From contig CAMAPO010000005.1 in the NCBI GenBank assembly GCA_945860245.1, positions 2,610 through 66,609 on the forward strand: a stretch of DNA of 64,000 nt. The letters are read 5' to 3'. Source of the stretch: Bifidobacterium breve (GTDB lineage Bacteria; Actinomycetota; Actinomycetes; Nanopelagicales; Nanopelagicaceae). A program made the position numbers and the translations under genes. Under the pieces are notes generated by a model that worked only from the letters and a program-made list of their open reading frames with translations, searched no databases and was not told the DNA's origin. This document shows positions 41,594-53,804 of this stretch, piece by piece (the stretch's first letter is position 1; each line of letters begins with the position of its first letter).

Positions 41594-43519
41594 ATGTCCG
41601 ATCCCGCAAGTTATCGACCTAAAGAGATCCCTGAACTCCCCGGTGTTTATCGTTTTTACAATGGCAAAGATAAAGTTATCTATGTCGGCAAGGCAAAGAA
41701 TTTAAAGAATCGCTTAACAACTTATTTTGGGGCAAATCTAGCTCGGAAGACCCATCGCATGGTGCACGAGGCGGTCCGCGTTGATTGGACGATTGTCGGC
41801 ACAGAGCTAGAAGCCCTAGCCCTGGAATTCTCTTGGATTAAGCAGTATCAACCGACTTATAACGTTCAGTTTAAGGACGATAAGTCTTATCCATACCTGG
41901 CTATCTCAATGCAGGATGAATTTCCGCGCATCTTTATAACTCGCAAAGAGAAGCGAAAGGGCCTTAAATATTTCGGTCCTTATACAAATGCGTGGGCGCT
42001 AAGAAATACCTACGAGGTACTTCTAAAGGTCTTTCCAGTTCGTTCTTGTAGCGAAGGAAACTTCAAACGAGCCCAGCGCAGTAAGAGACAATGTTTATTG
42101 GGGGATATTGGAAAGTGCGCCGCTCCTTGTGTGGGATGGGTTAGCCCAGAAGAGCATCGCGAAATAGCGGTAAAGCTTGATGCCTTTATGGAGGCCGGCA
42201 TGGAAGATATCCTTCCTAAGCTTCGTGAAGAGATGGATCTGGCAGCGACTCGCGAAGAGTTCGAACGCGCAGCACGGATACGTGATCAGATTGAATCTTT
42301 TGAAAAGGCGCAAAGATCTACGCAAGGAAACCTCTCTGATGATCTAGATGGTGATTTCATTGCCATTCATGAAGAGGGCCTTCACGCCGCCGGTTCAATT
42401 TTTATGGTGCGTCGCGGATCAATCAAAGGTTCAAGATCTTGGATAGTTGATCAAGAGCGCGCGCTTGAGGGAGATGATCAAGTGGCATCGCTCTTCTTCT
42501 CGATTTACAACGGGGCGGCACCTGCTGATATTCCAAGTGAGATATTTTTAAATCGCGAACCAAATGATCAAGTCGCTTTGGAGGCGTGGTTAAGTGGGAT
42601 ACGTGGTGCGAAAGTGGCGATAAGAGTGCCGCAGCGTGGCGAGAAAGTGGAGCTCTTACAGACAGTAGATCGCAACGCACATTACGCTTTAATTCAATTT
42701 CTAAGTAAACGAGCTACCGATGCAGCGGTGAGTGGTAAAGCGCTCTTAGAGATTGAAGAGCAGTTGCAACTAAACCGTACGCCGCTTCGAATCGAGTGTT
42801 TTGATATTTCTAATATTTCTGGAACATCGGTCGTGGCATCTATGGTCGTTTTTGAGGATGGGTTGGCTAAGAAGAGTGAGTACCGTCGCTTTATAATCGA
42901 TACCACCACAGCATCTGATGACACGCGCGCAATGCACCAAGTAATAACCCGCAGGATGAAGCGCTTTTTAAATGATCGCGCCGCAGATGAATCTGACGTG
43001 GCAGAGATAGGGGGCAAGTTAAGCAAGTTCTCCTATCCACCACAGTTAATTGTTGTTGATGGGGGAGCGCCGCAAGTTGCGGCGGCCCAACGCGCCTTAG
43101 ATGAATTAGGAATTACAGATGTTGCGCTCTGTGGGCTAGCCAAGCGTTTAGAAGAAGTTTGGCTGCCGCGTAATTCTGATCCGTTGATTCTGCCGCGCAC
43201 GAGTGAAGGAATGTACTTACTACAGCGAATTCGCGATGAAGCCCATCGCTTTGCAATTACCTTCCACCGATCACGCCGTTCCAAGGTGATGTTGGAATCC
43301 GTCCTTGATGATATTCCGCAGATGGGCCGTTCGCGCCGCGCCGCTTTATTAGAACGCTTCGGTTCAGTCGCTGCTTTACGGAAAGCGAGTTTGATCGAGT
43401 TGGCGCTGACTCCGGGCATTGGCGAGAAGATCGCCGAAGTAATCTTTGATCACCTGCAGCGCCAACGCGAGAGTTCTGAGGTGCAAGGCGTTGATATGCA
43501 GACAGGGGAGATCCTATGA
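41594..43519 (+). CDS. uvrC: Excinuclease ABC subunit C
   Basis: GIY-YIG PGVYRF..YVGKAKNL, ECFDIS, VDGG, RDEAHRFA, HhH tail. Confidence 0.97.
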   Translation: MSDPASYRPKEIPELPGVYRFYNGKDKVIYVGKAKNLKNRLTTYFGANLARKTHRMVHEAVRVDWTIVGTELEALALEFSWIKQYQPTYNVQFKDDKSYPYLAISMQDEFPRIFITRKEKRKGLKYFGPYTNAWALRNTYEVLLKVFPVRSCSEGNFKRAQRSKRQCLLGDIGKCAAPCVGWVSPEEHREIAVKLDAFMEAGMEDILPKLREEMDLAATREEFERAARIRDQIESFEKAQRSTQGNLSDDLDGDFIAIHEEGLHAAGSIFMVRRGSIKGSRSWIVDQERALEGDDQVASLFFSIYNGAAPADIPSEIFLNREPNDQVALEAWLSGIRGAKVAIRVPQRGEKVELLQTVDRNAHYALIQFLSKRATDAAVSGKALLEIEEQLQLNRTPLRIECFDISNISGTSVVASMVVFEDGLAKKSEYRRFIIDTTTASDDTRAMHQVITRRMKRFLNDRAADESDVAEIGGKLSKFSYPPQLIVVDGGAPQVAAAQRALDELGITDVALCGLAKRLEEVWLPRNSDPLILPRTSEGMYLLQRIRDEAHRFAITFHRSRRSKVMLESVLDDIPQMGRSRRAALLERFGSVAALRKASLIELALTPGIGEKIAEVIFDHLQRQRESSEVQGVDMQTGEIL

Positions 43520-43556
43520 ATTTAGCGATCCTTGACAGTGCAGGCAGAATATAGCC

Positions 43557-44426
43557 ATGGCCAATAAAGAGTTATTGATCGTAACCGGAATGTCTGGCGC
43601 GGGACGATCGACGGTGGCGCACGCGCTGGAAGATCTCGGTTGGTATGTAGTTGATAATTTGCCACCTTCCTTGTTGCCTGAACTTGCGACGCAGACCAAT
43701 AGTTCTGAGATCGCATCCCTTGCTGTGGTGGTAGATGTACGTGGTGGAAAGTTCTTCGATACTTTAAGTAATTCGCTACAAATGCTTAAAGGCAAAGGTG
43801 TTGCCTACCGCCTTCTATTTTTAGATGCAACTGATCAATCGCTAGTGCAACGCTTTGAATCTACTCGTCGACCACATCCGCTGCAGGGTAAGGATCGCAT
43901 TGTCGATGGCATCGAACGGGAACGCGCCAAGGTAGAAGAACTGCGCTCCCAGTCTGATGTCGTGATTGATACCTCAAATTTAAATGTGCATCAGCTGGAA
44001 AAGCGAGTGGGTGAAATATTCTCCGCCGGAATGCTAGATGCGATACGAATCAATGTTCTCTCTTTTGGCTACAAGTACGGCATTCCAGTAGATGCCGACC
44101 TCGTCTTAGATTGTCGCTTTATTCCCAACCCACATTGGATCCCTGAACTGCGGCCATTGACCGGGCTAACGGCGGAAGTTTCTAAGAAAGTCTTAACCAG
44201 TGAGGGTGTTACCGACTTCGTAAAGAGTTATGTCTCTGTGATCCGACAGATGATGCCGGGATACCTTCGTGAAGGAAAGAAGTATGTAACTATCGCCATC
44301 GGGTGTACCGGTGGAAAGCATCGCAGCGTTGCAATCGCTGCCGAAATTGCCCGTCAACTATCTTCAGATCCATCAGAAATAGAGATATCAGCGCACGCAA
44401 CTCATCGTGATGTTGGTCGTGAATGA
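43557..44426 (+). CDS. rapZ: RNase adapter / P-loop NTPase RapZ (YvcJ)
   Basis: GMSGAGRS, VVDNLP, SFGYKYG, DCRFIPNP, GCTGGKHRS. Confidence 0.95.
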   Translation: MANKELLIVTGMSGAGRSTVAHALEDLGWYVVDNLPPSLLPELATQTNSSEIASLAVVVDVRGGKFFDTLSNSLQMLKGKGVAYRLLFLDATDQSLVQRFESTRRPHPLQGKDRIVDGIERERAKVEELRSQSDVVIDTSNLNVHQLEKRVGEIFSAGMLDAIRINVLSFGYKYGIPVDADLVLDCRFIPNPHWIPELRPLTGLTAEVSKKVLTSEGVTDFVKSYVSVIRQMMPGYLREGKKYVTIAIGCTGGKHRSVAIAAEIARQLSSDPSEIEISAHATHRDVGRE

Positions 44427-45391
44427 GTGGACGTAACCCTCGCGTAGTTGCGCTAGGTGGTGGCCACGGATTAGCCGCAACGCTATCCGCGTTGCGAGGA
44501 ATTACTTCAGAGATAACAGCAATTGTTACCGTTGCTGATAACGGCGGCTCGAGCGGACGTCTACGCGAAGAATTTTCGATCATTCCACCGGGAGATTTGC
44601 GGATGGCACTTGCCGCACTTTGTGGTGATGATGAATGGGGCCGCAGTTGGGCTGAGATTATGCAATATCGCTTTGCAAGCAACGGTCCGCTAGATGGCCA
44701 CGCAGTCGGTAATCTCTTACTAGCTGCGCTTTGGAATAAAGGCGAAGACCCAGTTGCTGGATTAGATCGCGTTGGTGCACTCTTAAAAGTTATCGGTCGA
44801 GTATTACCAATGTCGAAAGAGCCGTTAGATATTGAAGCGACTTTTACTAACTCAACTGGAAGATTTATCGTAAAAGGCCAAGTGGAAGTTGCTACAGCGA
44901 AAGGGCGTCTGGAATCTTTAAGACTTCATCCAGAAAACCCAGTGGCACGTGAAGAATCTTTGGCAGCGATTCAAGCGGCCGATTGGATAGTTATGGGCCC
45001 TGGCTCTTGGTTCTCCAGCGTCTTGCCCCATTTACTAGTACCAGAACAACGTCAAGCGCTAATTGATTCCAGGGCGAAGAAATTTTTAATTTTAAATCTA
45101 GATTCTGCGAGCGTCAGCGGGCAAACTTTTAATTCAGGGGAGTTTTCGGGATATACCCCGCTCGAACATATTAAAATCTTGCAGAAATATGCTCCGGGCC
45201 TGCACTTTGATTATCTAATTGCAGATGAGAGCCTAGATTTACGGGGCGATGAGATGGAGGAACATCTTTCAAGTACAGGTGGAGAGTTATTGGCTGAAGA
45301 TTTACGTGATAGCGCGACGTTAATTCATCACAGCTCTAAAAAATTGACCTCGCTTTTCGCGCACATTTCCAGCAAAACCCTGCTTGGATAA
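44423..45391 (+). CDS. yvcK: UDP-GlcNAc-binding gluconeogenesis factor YvcK (CofD-like)
   Basis: [37 protein letters not shown]. Confidence 0.93.
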   Translation: MSGRNPRVVALGGGHGLAATLSALRGITSEITAIVTVADNGGSSGRLREEFSIIPPGDLRMALAALCGDDEWGRSWAEIMQYRFASNGPLDGHAVGNLLLAALWNKGEDPVAGLDRVGALLKVIGRVLPMSKEPLDIEATFTNSTGRFIVKGQVEVATAKGRLESLRLHPENPVAREESLAAIQAADWIVMGPGSWFSSVLPHLLVPEQRQALIDSRAKKFLILNLDSASVSGQTFNSGEFSGYTPLEHIKILQKYAPGLHFDYLIADESLDLRGDEMEEHLSSTGGELLAEDLRDSATLIHHSSKKLTSLFAHISSKTLLG

Positions 45392-45395
45392 GCCC

Positions 45396-46373
45396 ATGGC
45401 AATGACCGCAGCAGTCAAAGACGAACTCAGTCGTCTCTCAGTAACCAAACCTTGCTGTCGTAAAGCCGAAGTATCTTCGCTTCTGCGCTTTGCTGGTGGC
45501 TTACATATCGCAGTAGGAAAAGTTGTGATTGAGGTAGAGCTCGATACCTCGCAGAGCGCGCGCCGCCTTAAAAAAGATATTGCAGATATTTATGGCCACG
45601 ATAGCGATTTAGCAGTTCTCTCATCGAGCGGTTTGCGCAAAGGAAGTAGATACGTTGTAAGAGTTATCGAGGCTGGAGATTCGTTAGCGCGTCAGACTGG
45701 TTTAATCGATAGCAATGGACGTCCTGTTCGAGGACTTCCACCACAAGTTGTGGCAGCTAATATTTGTGATGCTGAAGCTGCTTGGCGCGGTGCTTTCATC
45801 GCACATGGTTCACTTACCGAACCCGGTCGATCATCCTCACTTGAGATAACTTGTCCAGGGCCTGAAGCCGCGCTTGCTCTAGTCGGTGCGGCTAGACGTT
45901 TAGGAATTGCCGCCAAAGCACGCGAAGTTCGTGGAGTAGATCGCGTAGTAATTCGCGATGGCGATGCGATTGGTGTTCTTCTGACGCGTTTAGGCGCGCA
46001 CGAAAGCGTCCTGGCTTGGGAAGAGCGAAGGATGCGTCGCGAAGTTCGGGCGACTGCTAATCGCCTGGCAAATTTTGATGATGCTAATCTTCGTCGTTCA
46101 GCGCGCGCCGCTGTTGCAGCCGCTGCTCGCGTTCAACGCGCTATGGAAATTTTAGGGCCAACGATTCCGGATCATTTAAAAGAGGCTGGTGAGTTACGAA
46201 TTAGCCATGGCCAAGCAAGCTTGGAAGAACTCGGCTCACTTGCATCGCCACCAATGACAAAAGATGCGATCGCCGGACGAATCCGTCGACTCTTAGCGAT
46301 GGCGGATAAGCGCGCAGGAGAACTCGGTATTCCTGATACTGAAGCCGGCCTTTCACCAGATCTTCTCAATTAG
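45396..46373 (+). CDS. whiA: DNA-binding protein WhiA
   Basis: [52 protein letters not shown]; start ATG 45396. Confidence 0.96.
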   Translation: MAMTAAVKDELSRLSVTKPCCRKAEVSSLLRFAGGLHIAVGKVVIEVELDTSQSARRLKKDIADIYGHDSDLAVLSSSGLRKGSRYVVRVIEAGDSLARQTGLIDSNGRPVRGLPPQVVAANICDAEAAWRGAFIAHGSLTEPGRSSSLEITCPGPEAALALVGAARRLGIAAKAREVRGVDRVVIRDGDAIGVLLTRLGAHESVLAWEERRMRREVRATANRLANFDDANLRRSARAAVAAAARVQRAMEILGPTIPDHLKEAGELRISHGQASLEELGSLASPPMTKDAIAGRIRRLLAMADKRAGELGIPDTEAGLSPDLLN

Positions 46374-46488
46374 TTAATCTCATTGAGCGTAATTCCTACG
46401 CGTAGGTAAGGTTGCGTGGCTGGTAAGATTAACCACGACCCCAACGATGTGGCAGTTTATTTGCCGTATACCCATCTGGTGCTAATGA

Positions 46489-47529
<1,041 letters not shown>

Positions 47530-47534
47530 TTTAG

Positions 47535-48737
47535 ATGGGAGATTCTGCAATTAATAAGCTGCAAAGTTTTGATGTAGCCGGCAAGCGAGTATTCCTTCGC
47601 TGTGATCTCAACGTTCCCTTAAAGGATGGAAGGATCACTGACGATGGACGCATTCGCGCCTCGCTGCCGACTATCAAAACACTTTTAGCAAATGGTGCGA
47701 GCGTGGTAATTGCCGCGCACCTAGGGCGACCAAAGGGTGAAGCAAAGCTAGAGCTTTCGTTAGCGCCAGTTGCGGTGCGTTTAACAGAGCTTCTTGGCAC
47801 TCAGGTGATCTTTGCAGGTGCAGTAACAGGTGCAGATGTAACCGCTAAAGCGCAGGCGCTTAAAAGTGGTGAGATTCTCTTATTAGAAAATATTCGTTTC
47901 TCAGCCGCTGAAACTTCGAAAGAAGAGGAAGTGCGATTTGCATTTGCAAGAGAGTTAGCAGAACTGGCCGATCTTTATGTAGGAGATGGCTTTGGAGCGG
48001 TTCACCGCAAACATGCCTCCGTCTTTGATCTACCAAAGCTCCTGCCGCATGTCGCTGGTACTTTAGTTGCAGCAGAGGTCGAAGTTTTAAAGAAGTTAAC
48101 GCAGAACCCAGAACGCCCTTATGGCGTTGTTCTTGGTGGCGCAAAAGTCTCTGACAAGATCGGCGTTATCTCTAATTTGCTTAGCAAGGTAGATGTTATG
48201 GCGATCGGCGGGGGAATGGTCTTCACATTCTTGGCAGCGCAAGGGAAAGAGATTGGCTCTTCACTAGTTGAAAAAGATTTAATTGAAACGGTGCAGAATT
48301 TAATTAAAGAAGCAGCCGCTACTGGCGTGACCTTGATACTGCCAACGGATATTGTCGTAGCACCCAACTTTGCTGCAGATTCACCGGCGACTTTGGTAAG
48401 CGCCGATGCAATCCCTGCAGATCAGATGGGGTTGGATATCGGACCAGAATCAGCAGCAGCATTTGCATCCGCGATCCGTGGTTGCAAGACGGTTTTTTGG
48501 AATGGGCCGATGGGCGTATTTGAGTTTCCTGCATTTGCTAATGGGACAAAGGTTGTGGCACAAGCGTTAACTGAAGTATCCGGAATTTCGGTAGTCGGTG
48601 GCGGAGACTCTGCCGCAGCGGTGCGCGCGCTAGGTTTTGCCGATATCGACTTTGGTTACATTTCAACTGGCGGCGGCGCTTCCTTGGAATACTTGGAAGG
48701 CAAAGAACTTCCGGGGCTAACGGCGCTAGGCCTCTAA
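47535..48737 (+). CDS. pgk: Phosphoglycerate kinase
   Basis: [48 protein letters not shown]. Confidence 0.98.
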   Translation: MGDSAINKLQSFDVAGKRVFLRCDLNVPLKDGRITDDGRIRASLPTIKTLLANGASVVIAAHLGRPKGEAKLELSLAPVAVRLTELLGTQVIFAGAVTGADVTAKAQALKSGEILLLENIRFSAAETSKEEEVRFAFARELAELADLYVGDGFGAVHRKHASVFDLPKLLPHVAGTLVAAEVEVLKKLTQNPERPYGVVLGGAKVSDKIGVISNLLSKVDVMAIGGGMVFTFLAAQGKEIGSSLVEKDLIETVQNLIKEAAATGVTLILPTDIVVAPNFAADSPATLVSADAIPADQMGLDIGPESAAAFASAIRGCKTVFWNGPMGVFEFPAFANGTKVVAQALTEVSGISVVGGGDSAAAVRALGFADIDFGYISTGGGASLEYLEGKELPGLTALGL

Positions 48738-48800
48738 TAAGTAATTTTCACATTAGTATTGTTGCAGTGTCTATTTAAGAACTATTAAAAGGAGCAGATA

Positions 48801-49580
48801 ATGCGTAAGCCGCTGATGGCAGGTAATTGGAAGATGAATCTAAATCATCTCGAAGCGATCGCAGTTGCTCAGAAGTTGGTCTATTCCCTCGGAGATAAAG
48901 ATTACGACGCAGTCGACGTTGCGATAATTCCACCATTTACCGATATTCGCTCAATTCAAACTTTGATCGATGGCGATCGTCTGCGCCTGCTATACGGTGC
49001 GCAAGATATTTCACCGGAATCAGGTGGTGCTTTTACGGGAGATATTTCAGGTCATATGTTGGCAAAGCTCGGTTGCACCTTTGTTGTTATTGGCCATTCT
49101 GAGCGCCGTGCAATCCATAAAGAAGATGATGCCCTTGTAAATCGTAAGATCAAGGCGGCACTCGCCAATGAGTTAACGCCTATTTTCTGCGTCGGCGAAG
49201 AACTTTCCATCCGTGAATCTGGCGCGCATGTTTCGCATGTCATCCGACAAATCCGCGCTGGTTTAGAAGGATTTACTAAGCCAGAGTTGAAGAAGATTGT
49301 GATCGCGTACGAGCCAGTTTGGGCGATCGGAACCGGCAAGACTGCAACTCCGGAAGATGCGCAAGAAGTTTGTTCTGCTATTCGCGAAGAGATCGGTTCA
49401 ATCGGGTCTGGTGATATCGCAGCCAATATGCGCATCCTTTATGGTGGCTCTGTTAAATCTTCAAATATCTCCGAGATTATGAAGCAGGCCGATGTCGACG
49501 GTGCGCTCATCGGGGGAGCGAGCCTAGACCCTGAAGAATTGGCAAAGATCGCCAAGTTCTACGCAGTAGAAAGCGCCTAA
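48801..49580 (+). CDS. tpiA: Triosephosphate isomerase
   Basis: [36 protein letters not shown]. Confidence 0.98.
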   Translation: MRKPLMAGNWKMNLNHLEAIAVAQKLVYSLGDKDYDAVDVAIIPPFTDIRSIQTLIDGDRLRLLYGAQDISPESGGAFTGDISGHMLAKLGCTFVVIGHSERRAIHKEDDALVNRKIKAALANELTPIFCVGEELSIRESGAHVSHVIRQIRAGLEGFTKPELKKIVIAYEPVWAIGTGKTATPEDAQEVCSAIREEIGSIGSGDIAANMRILYGGSVKSSNISEIMKQADVDGALIGGASLDPEELAKIAKFYAVESA

Positions 49581-49644
49581 GGCTCGCTGGGAATCTAGTA
49601 TCCTTACCGCCTATCTCCATCCAAAACATTAGGGGTTATAAATC

Positions 49645-49875
49645 GTGGCTCTAGCTCTCTCAATCTTGTTAGTCATCACTAGTCTCGTGATGATTTTGCT
49701 TGTTCTGTTACACAAAGGTAAAGGCTCAGGCCTCTCTGATCTATTCGGCGGGGGAATGTCATCTAATTACGGTGGTTCATCTGTCGTTGAAAGAAATCTA
49801 GATCGCATCACAATCGTTGTTGGTGGAATTTGGTTCGGCGGCGTTGTCGCGCTCAGTCTTGTTTTGAAGGGTTAA
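49645..49875 (+). CDS. secG: Preprotein translocase subunit SecG
   Basis: Two TMs flanking LLHKGKGSGLSDLFGGG..VERNLDRIT. Confidence 0.95.
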   Translation: MALALSILLVITSLVMILLVLLHKGKGSGLSDLFGGGMSSNYGGSSVVERNLDRITIVVGGIWFGGVVALSLVLKG

Positions 49876-49878
49876 AAA

Positions 49879-50217
49879 ATGGCAAGTGCAATTCGCGGAA
49901 GCCGTGTCGGCGCTGGCCCAATGGGCGAGGCCGAGCGTGGAGATCAAATTGAACGTGCCACCGTTTCATATTGGTGCGGTAACGGACACGAAGTACGTCC
50001 CTCATTTGCTGTTGAAGAGACTGTAGTTATACCCGCTGAGTGGGATTGTCCAAAGTGCGGGCTACCTGCTGGTCGCGATCGTAATAATCCACCAAAGGCT
50101 GTAGTAAATATTCCTTACAAAACTCATTTAGCTTATGTAAAAGAGCGTCGTAGCGACACAGAGGGTGCCAAGATTCTCGAAGATGCCTTGCGTAAACTAC
50201 GTGGAGATGATGATTAA
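49879..50217 (+). CDS. rbpA: RNA polymerase-binding protein RbpA
   Basis: IRGSRVG, CGNGH..WDCPKC, KTHLAYVKERRS. Confidence 0.93.
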   Translation: MASAIRGSRVGAGPMGEAERGDQIERATVSYWCGNGHEVRPSFAVEETVVIPAEWDCPKCGLPAGRDRNNPPKAVVNIPYKTHLAYVKERRSDTEGAKILEDALRKLRGDDD

Positions 50218-51753
50218 TTAAAGCGCTTCAGCAGCCTTTATTAGTTGAGCTATACCCGCACTTCGTTCTAGCAAGTTTAGTCGTAGGAGCGGGTATTTTC
50301 TTGCGCCGAGAGCGTGGAAATCACCAACTGCTTGAGCCATAAGAAGAGTGGCAAAGTCAAAGTCGCGACCAGGAACAGCAAAGTTTCTTTTATTCGCACC
50401 AGTGATTTGTAAAAATGTCCCGTTCTGTTGTCCGCCTTTATGGAACTGCCCAGTGGAGTGGAGAAACCTTGGCCCCCATCCAAAAGTAACCGGTCGCCCA
50501 GATTTTTCAGACAGGATTCTTCGCAGTTCAGTAATTACTACATCATCTCTACGATCCAAGTAAGCCATGATTGCGATATATCCATCAGAGTCTGTGGTTG
50601 CAATCAAATTCTTTAACGCTGCTGTTAGCGTATTACCGTCTCCAAATATTTCAACACCCTCGTCAGTTGCCGAAGGATGTAGCAGTGGCAATGTGTTATC
50701 CCACTCTTTTAAAACCGCTGATGTCGCCTCTTTCGCCTCGGTGACATTTGGTTGGTTGAAGGGATCAACTTCAAGTGCGGCCCCCATCAGCGCAGTTACC
50801 CATTCCCAGAATAAAAAGTGCTCGCCTAGTTCGGCGCTAACGCTTAGCTCTGCACCTGGTGCAAAAGCGATGGAGAAGGCTCCACCACCTGCTGCCTCAG
50901 TAAAATTCTCCGTCGCAATTGGTAAGCGCCCGATTTGATCCTTACCAGTTGATTCTGCGATTAATTGTTCGATCCAATCTGATAAACCAGGAAATTTTGA
51001 TCCAAAGTCAGTAAACCCCAAATATTGTTCGTTCTGCGTTAAGAGCAGATAAGCAACATCTAAAACAGGGGATGGGTCACTAATTAACTGCGCGCGACAG
51101 TCTCCAGCCTGATCTAAAAGTATTGAGGCATCTACGCCCATTAAAGTCGCTGGGGTTAAACCAAATGCGGTGAGAGCGCTAAAGCGGCCTCCGACCTTGG
51201 GATCAGCGTTGATGACGGTAAATCCTTTTGCCCTCGCATCGAGATCTAACGGCGATCCCGGATCTGTCACAAATAAAATATGAGCTGTTGGATCTAATTT
51301 CGCATTTCGCAAGTGGCCTTCAAAGAAGGCGCGCTGTGAAGCAGTTTCAATTGTTGATCCGGATTTGGAGCTAACGATCACGAGTAATTTCTCGGGAGAG
51401 CCAGTCACGGCGTGCGCTAAATAATCTGGATCAGTTGAATCTAAAATGAAGATTTCTTTGCCAAAAGTCTGCGCAATTACCTCTGGAGCAAGAGATGATC
51501 CACCCATTCCGCACAAAACTAGATTGTCGCACTCTCTAAACTTTGCAGCTACTGCATCAAGAATCGGAAGTAATGGGCGAGAGCTTTCATCTAGATCTAC
51601 CCAGTTAAGTCTTACCGCTGCTTCAGTCGCCGCCACTGGCCCCCAAATGGTGGGATCCTTTTTAACCAGCCTGGGATGAGCGGCGGCAAGTGCTAAGTAG
51701 ATCGGATCTTGGCGATCGATTTTACGAAGAGCAGGCCCAGATAATGTGATCAT
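50218..51753 (-). CDS. pgi: Glucose-6-phosphate isomerase (Tal/Pgi C-terminal type)
   Basis: GMGGSSL, SKSGSTIET, TDPGS, VGGRFSAL, AESTGK, PFNQPNV, STGQFHKGG. Confidence 0.9.
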   Translation of the reverse strand: MITLSGPALRKIDRQDPIYLALAAAHPRLVKKDPTIWGPVAATEAAVRLNWVDLDESSRPLLPILDAVAAKFRECDNLVLCGMGGSSLAPEVIAQTFGKEIFILDSTDPDYLAHAVTGSPEKLLVIVSSKSGSTIETASQRAFFEGHLRNAKLDPTAHILFVTDPGSPLDLDARAKGFTVINADPKVGGRFSALTAFGLTPATLMGVDASILLDQAGDCRAQLISDPSPVLDVAYLLLTQNEQYLGFTDFGSKFPGLSDWIEQLIAESTGKDQIGRLPIATENFTEAAGGGAFSIAFAPGAELSVSAELGEHFLFWEWVTALMGAALEVDPFNQPNVTEAKEATSAVLKEWDNTLPLLHPSATDEGVEIFGDGNTLTAALKNLIATTDSDGYIAIMAYLDRRDDVVITELRRILSEKSGRPVTFGWGPRFLHSTGQFHKGGQQNGTFLQITGANKRNFAVPGRDFDFATLLMAQAVGDFHALGARKYPLLRLNLLERSAGIAQLIKAAEAL

Positions 51754-53804
51754 TGCTTAAGCGCTGCTTCGATCTTTGCAACGATTACATTTGCACCAAA
51801 TCCGAATTCGGAAAATAACTTGGTCGCCGAAGCCGAGGCACCATAGTGTTCTAACGAGATAGCGATTCCGCTATCTCCGATGTACTCGCGCCAGCCTTGC
51901 GCGATACCGGCTTCGATACTGACCTTTAACCGTACTGCCTTAGGCAAGACGCTCTCTTGGTAGGCCGCGCTCTCTTGCGCAAACCACTCTAAGCAAGGTG
52001 CGCTTACTACACGGGCGGAAATTGACTTTGCGGACAACGCGTTTTGAACTTCGATGGCTACTGAAACTTCTGATCCAGTGGCGATGATTACAACGTCAGC
52101 GGTTGTCGGGGAATCCTTAAGAATATATGCGCCTTTACTTACCAGGGACTCAGAACCGTGTGGGGTGCGATCAAATACCGGCAAGTTCTGACGCGAGAGC
52201 AGTAAACCGACTGGCTTACGGCGAAGCAAGATCGCCTTCCAAGCTTCACGAACTTCATTGGCATCTGCTGGTCGGATAACTGCAAAATTTGGAATCGCAC
52301 GCAAAGTCGCCAATTGTTCGACTGGTTGGTGGGTCGGCCCATCTTCGCCAAGTCCAATTGAATCGTGGCTCCAAATAAATATACTCGGAAGATCCATAAT
52401 CGCTGCCAGACGAACTGCTGGTCGCATGTAGTCGCTAAATACAGCAAAGGTTCCACCGAAAGTCTTTGATAAGCCGTGAAGTGCGACGCCATTTAAAATT
52501 GAACCCATCGCGTGTTCGCGGATACCAAAGTGGATCATTCTCCCGTAAGGATTGGCACCCGCCATCTTGCTGCTGGCAGGCAAGAAGGATCCCGCGCTAT
52601 TGATCATGGTGTTGTTGCTACCTGCTAAATCAGCAGAGCCACCCCAGAATTCAGGAAGCACTTTGGCAAGAGCCGCTATTACTTCACCGGAAGCTTTGCG
52701 AGTTGCTACATCTTTACCTGCCGGATATTGCGGAAGATCGCTATCCCAACCTTTAGGTAGCTCACCACTAATCAAGCGCTGCAATAACTTTGCGCGCTCT
52801 GGATTTGCGCTCTGCCAAATGGCAAATTTCTCATTCCAACTCTTACGCGTGGCAGCACCTCGTGCTTTTACCTGACGCACGTGTGCGAGAACTTCCGCCG
52901 GCATTGCAAAATGCTCATCTGGATTTAGCCCCAGTAATTTTTTAGTTTCGACAATCTCTTCTGCGCCAAGGGCTGAGCCGTGGGATTCAGCGGTATTGCG
53001 CGCCTTAGGAGCAGGCCAAGCAATTATTGATTGCATCCGGATTAAAGTTGGTTTCACCGTCTCTGACTTCGCAGCGACCATCGCGGCATCTAATTTAATT
53101 AAATCAACTCGACCATCAGCTGCAGCTGATACATCAATAACGTTCCATCCATATGCGCGATAGCGCGCAGAGACATCTTCGGTAAATGCAATGTGAGTAT
53201 CGCCTTCAATTGAGATGCGATTGTCGTCGTAGATCACTTTTAAATTACCGAGTTCTTGGGTGCCGGCTAGTGATGAAGCTTCGCTACTGACACCTTCTTG
53301 CAGATCTCCATCTGAACAGAGAACCCAGATATTGTGATCAAAGAGCGATGAGTTAGCGGGAGCATCTGGATCTAAAAGTCCGCGTTCATATCGAGCAGCC
53401 ATCGCCATACCGACTGCAGTAGCAACGCCTGCTCCCAATGGACCGGTGGTCATTTCAACGCCTGCAGTATGCCCAAATTCTGGATGTCCAGGTGTTAGCG
53501 AATTCCAAGTGCGAAATGCTTTTAAATCTTCCATCTCCAACCCATAACCACTGAAGAAGAGTTGGGTGTAGAGCGTTAGTGATGAGTGTCCGCAAGAGAG
53601 CACAAAGCGATCGCGCCCTAACCACTTTGGATCAGAAGGGTCGTGAATTAAATGGCGTTGAAATAAATTGTAGGCAACTGGTGCAAGCGACATTGCGGTA
53701 CCTGGATGTCCGTGTCCCGCCTTTTGCACAGCATCCATAGCGAGTGCGCGGGCATATACAACAGCGCGATCATCAATCTCTGACCAATTTTCTAAATTAC
53801 TCAT
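51750..53804 (-). CDS. tkt: Transketolase
   Basis: GHPG, LSCGHSS, TPGHPE, TTGPLG, SDGDLQEG, FGIREHAM, HDSIGLGEDGPTHQP; start ATG 53804 overlapping the ctaA TAA. Confidence 0.97.
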   Translation of the reverse strand: MSNLENWSEIDDRAVVYARALAMDAVQKAGHGHPGTAMSLAPVAYNLFQRHLIHDPSDPKWLGRDRFVLSCGHSSLTLYTQLFFSGYGLEMEDLKAFRTWNSLTPGHPEFGHTAGVEMTTGPLGAGVATAVGMAMAARYERGLLDPDAPANSSLFDHNIWVLCSDGDLQEGVSSEASSLAGTQELGNLKVIYDDNRISIEGDTHIAFTEDVSARYRAYGWNVIDVSAAADGRVDLIKLDAAMVAAKSETVKPTLIRMQSIIAWPAPKARNTAESHGSALGAEEIVETKKLLGLNPDEHFAMPAEVLAHVRQVKARGAATRKSWNEKFAIWQSANPERAKLLQRLISGELPKGWDSDLPQYPAGKDVATRKASGEVIAALAKVLPEFWGGSADLAGSNNTMINSAGSFLPASSKMAGANPYGRMIHFGIREHAMGSILNGVALHGLSKTFGGTFAVFSDYMRPAVRLAAIMDLPSIFIWSHDSIGLGEDGPTHQPVEQLATLRAIPNFAVIRPADANEVREAWKAILLRRKPVGLLLSRQNLPVFDRTPHGSESLVSKGAYILKDSPTTADVVIIATGSEVSVAIEVQNALSAKSISARVVSAPCLEWFAQESAAYQESVLPKAVRLKVSIEAGIAQGWREYIGDSGIAISLEHYGASASATKLFSEFGFGANVIVAKIEAALKQ

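Noticed and set aside
43532-43537. TTGACA upstream of rapZ as a -35 box
   Set aside because: Only 7 nt from the CAGAAT -10 candidate; spacing is incompatible
46447-46485. 12-codon uORF (MWQFICRIPIWC) in the gap leader
   Set aside because: No SD or leaderless start, no regulatory codon enrichment; the region is better explained by RNA structure
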